Below, in pieces: positions 59,410 to 64,000 of a stretch of DNA of 64,000 nucleotides. Under the pieces are notes generated by a model. It saw only the letters and a program-made list of their open reading frames with translations. It did not search any database and had not been told where the DNA came from. A program made the translations under genes and the position numbers. Origin of the DNA: Mobula hypostoma (lineage: Eukaryota); assembly GCF_963921235.1 (NCBI RefSeq), contig NC_086097.1, positions 226,798,001-226,862,000 of the forward strand. The letters are read 5' to 3'. Every line of letters begins with the position of its first letter. Position 1 is the stretch's first letter.

Positions 59410-62400
59410 CACAGCGGTCAGGTCTCTGGCACTGAGTCTGTCTCTGTGACTCAGAAGGCGGGAGGGGGCTGTGGTGTGAGAGGTTTTGTTTGATAGGGGG
59501 ACAGGCAGGAGGCTCTCTGGGTGAGAACAAGATTCCCAGATAGCATGCTGCCTCCTGGGTGCCAGGGTCAGGGACATCTTGGATTGAGTCCTCAGCATTC
59601 TTAAGTGTGAAGGTGAGCTGCCAGAGTTCGTGATCCACGTGAGTACCAACGACATGGGTAGAAGAAGTGACGAGGTTCTGCATAGGGAGCTCAGGGAGTT
59701 GGTGCAAAGTTAAAGGGAGAACCTCAAGGTTGTGATCTCAGGATGGCTACCTGTGCCATGTGCTAGTGAGACCAGAACTAGGAAGATTATGCAGTTTAAC
59801 ATGTGGCTAAGGAGTTTGTGTAGGAAGGAGTGCTTCAGAATTTTGGATCATCTGGCTCTCTTCCAGGGGAGGTGGGACCTGTACAGAAGGGATGGTTTGC
59901 ACCTGATCTAGAGGGGAACTAATATCCTAGCAGGAAGGTTTGTTAATGCTACATGGTGAGGTTTAAACTAGAGTTGCAGGGGATGGGAACCAGAGTGCTG
60001 GAACAGTTAGCGGAGAAGTTGTGGAGGCAGATGTTGGTAAGACCTCAGACAAAATTAGGAATCAAAATGTTGTGCGACTAGTGTCATGAACCACAAATAT
60101 TTCAATGCATAGGAAAGGCAGATCAGCTCAGGGCATGGGTCAACACCTGAAATCGTGACACTGCAGCCATTAGTGAGACTTGGTTGTAGGAAGGGCAGAA
60201 CTGGCAGCTCAGTATTCCGGGGTTCTGTTGTTCTAGGCACGACAGGGCAGGAGGGATTAAAGGAGGAAGGGTGGTGTTACTAGTCAGGAAAAATGTTATG
60301 GCAGTGCTCCATTAGGACAGACTGGAGAACTCAACTAGTGAGATGTTATGGGCGAAACTGAGAAATGAGAAAGGTACAACTATGTTAATGGGGCTGTATT
60401 ACAGACCACCAAATAGACCCAGGGATTTAGAGGAACAATTTTGTAAAGAGATCAGACTGTTGCAAAAACACAAGGTTGATTTTAACTTTCCACATATTTA
60501 ACAGTTCCACAAGATCCCTACTCTTCGTGATTTTTATAAATGACCTGGATGAGGAAGTGGAGGGATGGGTTAGTAAATTTGCTGATGACACAAAGGTTGG
60601 GGGTGTTGTGGATAGTGTGGAGGGCTGTCAGAGGTTACAGCAGGACATTGATAGGATGCAAAATTGGGCTAAGAAGTGCCAGATGGAGTTCAACCCAGAT
60701 AAGTGTGAGGTGGTTCATTTTGGTAGGTCAAATATGATGGCAGAATATAGTATTAATGGTAATACTCTTGGCAGTGTGGAGAATCAGAAGGATCTTGGGG
60801 TCCGAGTCCATAGGACACTCAAAACTACTACACAGGTTGACTCTGTGGTTAAAAAAGCATACGGTGCATTGGCCTTCATCAATTGTGGGATTGAGTTTAG
60901 GAGCTGAGAGATAATGTTGCAGCTATATAGGACCCTGGTCAGACCCCACTTACAGTACTGTGCTCAGTTCTGGTCGCCTCACTACAGGAAGGACATGGAA
61001 ACCATAGAAAAAGTGCAGAGGAGATTTACAAGGATGTTGTCTGGATGGGGGAGCATGCCTTATGAAAACAGGTTGAGTGAACTTGGCCTTTTCTCCTTGG
61101 AGCGATGGAGGATGAGAGGTGACCTGATAGAGGTGTAAAGATGATGAGAGACATTGATCATGCGGATAGTCAGAGGCTTTTTCCCAGGGCTGAAATGGCT
61201 GCCACAAGACAGCACAGTTTTAAGGTGCTTGGGAGTAGGTATAGAGGAGATGTCAGGGGTAAGTTTTTTATGCAGAATGGTGAGTGCGTGGAATGGGCTG
61301 CCGGCGACGGTGGTGGAGATGGATACGATAGGGTCTTTAAGGGACTCCTGGATAGGTACATGGAGCTTAGAAAAATAGAGGGTTATGGGTAACCCTAGGT
61401 AATTTATGAGGTAAGGACACGTTCGGCACAGCTTTGTGGGCTGAAGGGCCTGTATTGTGCTGTAGGTTTTCTATATTGACTGGGAATCCCATTCCGAGAA
61501 AGGACCAGATGGGACAGTGTTTATCAATGTGTTCAGGAAAGTTTCCTTTATCAGTACGTAGAATTTCCAACGAGAGAGAATGCGATACTGGATCTGTTAT
61601 TAGGGAATGAGATAGGGCAGGTGACAGAAGTTTGTGTTGGGGAACGCTTTGCATTCAGTGACCTCAATGCCATTAGCTTCAAAGTAAATGTACAAAACGA
61701 TAGGTCCATGGATTGAGATTCTAAATTGGAGAAAAGCCAATTTTGATGGTATCAGAAATGATCTGGCAAGTGTGGATTGGGACAGGCTCTTTTCTGGCCA
61801 AGGTGTACTTGGAAAGTGTGAGGCCTTCAAAAATGAAATTTTTAGAGCCCAAAGCTTGTATGTTCCTGTCAGAATTAAAGGTAGAGATAACAATTGTAGG
61901 GAACCTTGGTTTTCAAGAGATAGTGAAGCCCTGGTTAAGAGAAAAAAGGAGGTGCATAGCACATATAGGCAGGCAGGAACAAATGATGTGCTTTATGAAG
62001 TATAAGAAATGCAAGAGAACACTTAAGAAAGAAACAGGAAGACTAAAAGAAGGCATGTAGTTGCTCTAGCAGACAAGGTGAAGGAGAATCTTAAGGGATT
62101 CTACAGATGTGTTAAGAGCAAAAGGATTGCAAGGGATAAAATTCTTCCTCTGTAAGACCATGTGTGGAGCCAAAACAGATGGGGAATATCTTAAGTGAAT
62201 TCTTTGCATCTGTAAGATGGATACAGAGTCTCTAGAAGTAAAACAAAGAGGCATCAACTTCATATCTCTGTACAGATGACAGGGGGAGGAGGCAAATCAG
62301 GGTGGATAAATCCCCTGGGCCTGACAAGGTGCTCTCTCAGACACTTAAGGAGGCAAGTGCAGAAATTGCTAACACCTAGCAGAGATATTTAAAAGACCTT

Positions 62401-63780
62401 TAGCAACAGGAGAGGTACCAGAGGATTGGAGGTTATTCAATTTTGTTCCGCTGTTTAAAAAGGTTCTAAACATAAACCAGGAAATTATAGGTTGGTGAGT
62501 CTGCATCGGTTGTGGGAAAGTTACTGGGAGGTATTCTGAGGGACCAGATATATAAGTATCTGGATAGACATGGACTGATTAAGGATAGTGAGCATGGCTT
62601 TGTGCTTGGTGGGTTATATCTAACCAGTCTTAGAGTTTTTCGAGGAAGTTACTAGGGAAGTGGATGAAGGCAAGGCAGTGGATGTTGCCTACATGGAATT
62701 TAGTAAGGCATTTGGCAAGGTCCCGCATGAGAGTCTGGTCAAGAAGATTCAGTTGCTCAGCGTTCAGGATGAGGTAATAAATTGGATTAGATATTGACTC
62801 TGAGGGAGATGCCAGACAGTGATAGTGGAGGTTTGCCTCTTTGTCTGGAGACCTGCGACTAGTAGTATGTCACAGAGATTGGTGGTGGGTCTTTGTTGTT
62901 TGTCATCTGGATGATAATGTGGTTAACTGGATCAGCAAATTTGCGGATGACACCAGTGGTCGACAGTGGGGAAGGCTATCATGGCTTGCAGAGGGGTCTG
63001 CATCAGCTGGAAAAATGGGCTGAAAATAGCAGATAGAATTTAATGCAGGTTTTGCACTTCCGTAGGTCTTGCACAGAGAATGGTAGGGCACAGCAGCATG
63101 TGGTAGAATGAAAGTATCTAGGAATATAGGTCCATGATCATTGAAAATGGTGTAACAGGTAAATAGGGTCTTAAAGAAAGCTTTAGGCATATTGGCCTTC
63201 ATAAATCAATGTATTAAGTTCAGGAGATGTGATGTTACGTTGAAGTTGTATAAGAAGTTTATGAGGCCTAATTTTGAGTATCGTGTGCAGTTTTGGTCAC
63301 CTAACAAGGTTGAAAAAGTACAGGGAAAACTCACATGAACTTTGCCGGGTCTGGGGGACCTGAGTTACAAGAAAAGATTGACTAGCTTAGGACTGTATTC
63401 TTTAGAATGTAGAAGTTTGAGAGGGATTTGATGGAGGTATACAACATTATGAGGGGTATGGATAGGGTAAATGCAAGCAGGCTCTTGTCACTGAGGTTGG
63501 GTGAGACTACAACTAGAGGTCATAGGTTAAGGGTGAAGGGTGAAAAGTTTAAGGGGAATATAAGGGAAAACTTCATCACTCAGAGGGTCATGAGAGTGTG
63601 GAATAAACTGCCAGGTGCATGCGAGCTCAATTTCAACATTTAAGAGAAGTTTGGAAAGGTACATAGATAGTAGGGGTAAGGAGGTCTATGGTCCGAGTAC
63701 AGGCCAATACAAGTAGGCAGTTTAAATCATTTTGTCATAGATTATATTGGCTGAAGGGTCTGTTTTTGTGCTGTACTGTT
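59410..63780 (+). mobile_element. Long decayed CR1 LINE (ORF1 esterase remnant plus ORF2) with a nested younger CR1 3' fragment at about 60500-61475
   Basis: ORF1-like CCLLGARVRDI..VIHVSTNDMG and DGLHL; ORF2 GLYYRPPN, LNWRKANFDGIR, PGNYR.VSL, WISKFADDT; the nested copy has FINDLDEEVEGWVSKFADDTKVGG and its own tail. Confidence 0.88.
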
Positions 63781-64000
63781 CATTTACAGAATATTTAAAT
63801 ACTTCCATTTGACACAAACTTCTGGTAGAGGGAACATCTCAAGTGTTGGCATGTTAACTTGTTGTTTCCTCACTTTGTGACTTAGTACCATAGCTGCAAT
63901 TCGTGAGCAGTATTGCATTGAGTTTGTTTTTGATCCTAATGGTAAAACAATGCAAATTCACATCTACTTATAGCACATCACTTCCTTCCTGCAATCTTTT

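Overview
Eukaryotic, repeat-dense vertebrate genomic DNA with no confidently identifiable host protein-coding exon. The mix of CR1 LINEs, V-SINEs, Rex1/Babar LINEs and abundant Penelope-like fragments suggests a cartilaginous fish, probably a ray (inference from repeat families only). The best-resolved elements are: (1) a full-length but decayed Gypsy LTR retrotransposon (609-4833, minus) with 219-bp LTRs, a 4-bp TSD, a tRNA-Trp PBS and an apparent -1 frameshift signal; (2) a young 5'-truncated CR1 LINE with one premature stop (about 15389-17980, minus); (3) a non-coding TRIM-like LTR element (56882-59253, plus) whose PBS pairs with its own predicted 5' end (Tf1/sushi-type self-priming) and whose LTRs are strongly asymmetric; (4) about ten Penelope terminal-repeat copies carrying minimal hammerhead ribozyme motifs; (5) solo LTRs, a Tc1-derived element, a tRNA/CORE-SINE and RTE tails. 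Unique stretches contain an 80-nt pri-miRNA-like hairpin (49689-49768) and minus-strand splice-site configurations (an 11-nt candidate microexon at 31203-31213 and a candidate exon near 50450-50650). These suggest the window lies in introns of a large minus-strand gene, but I could not identify it. I found no evidence for a wholly new biological system; the most interesting signals are RNA-level features of retroelements and the candidate hairpin and microexon. Boundaries of old repeat fragments are approximate.
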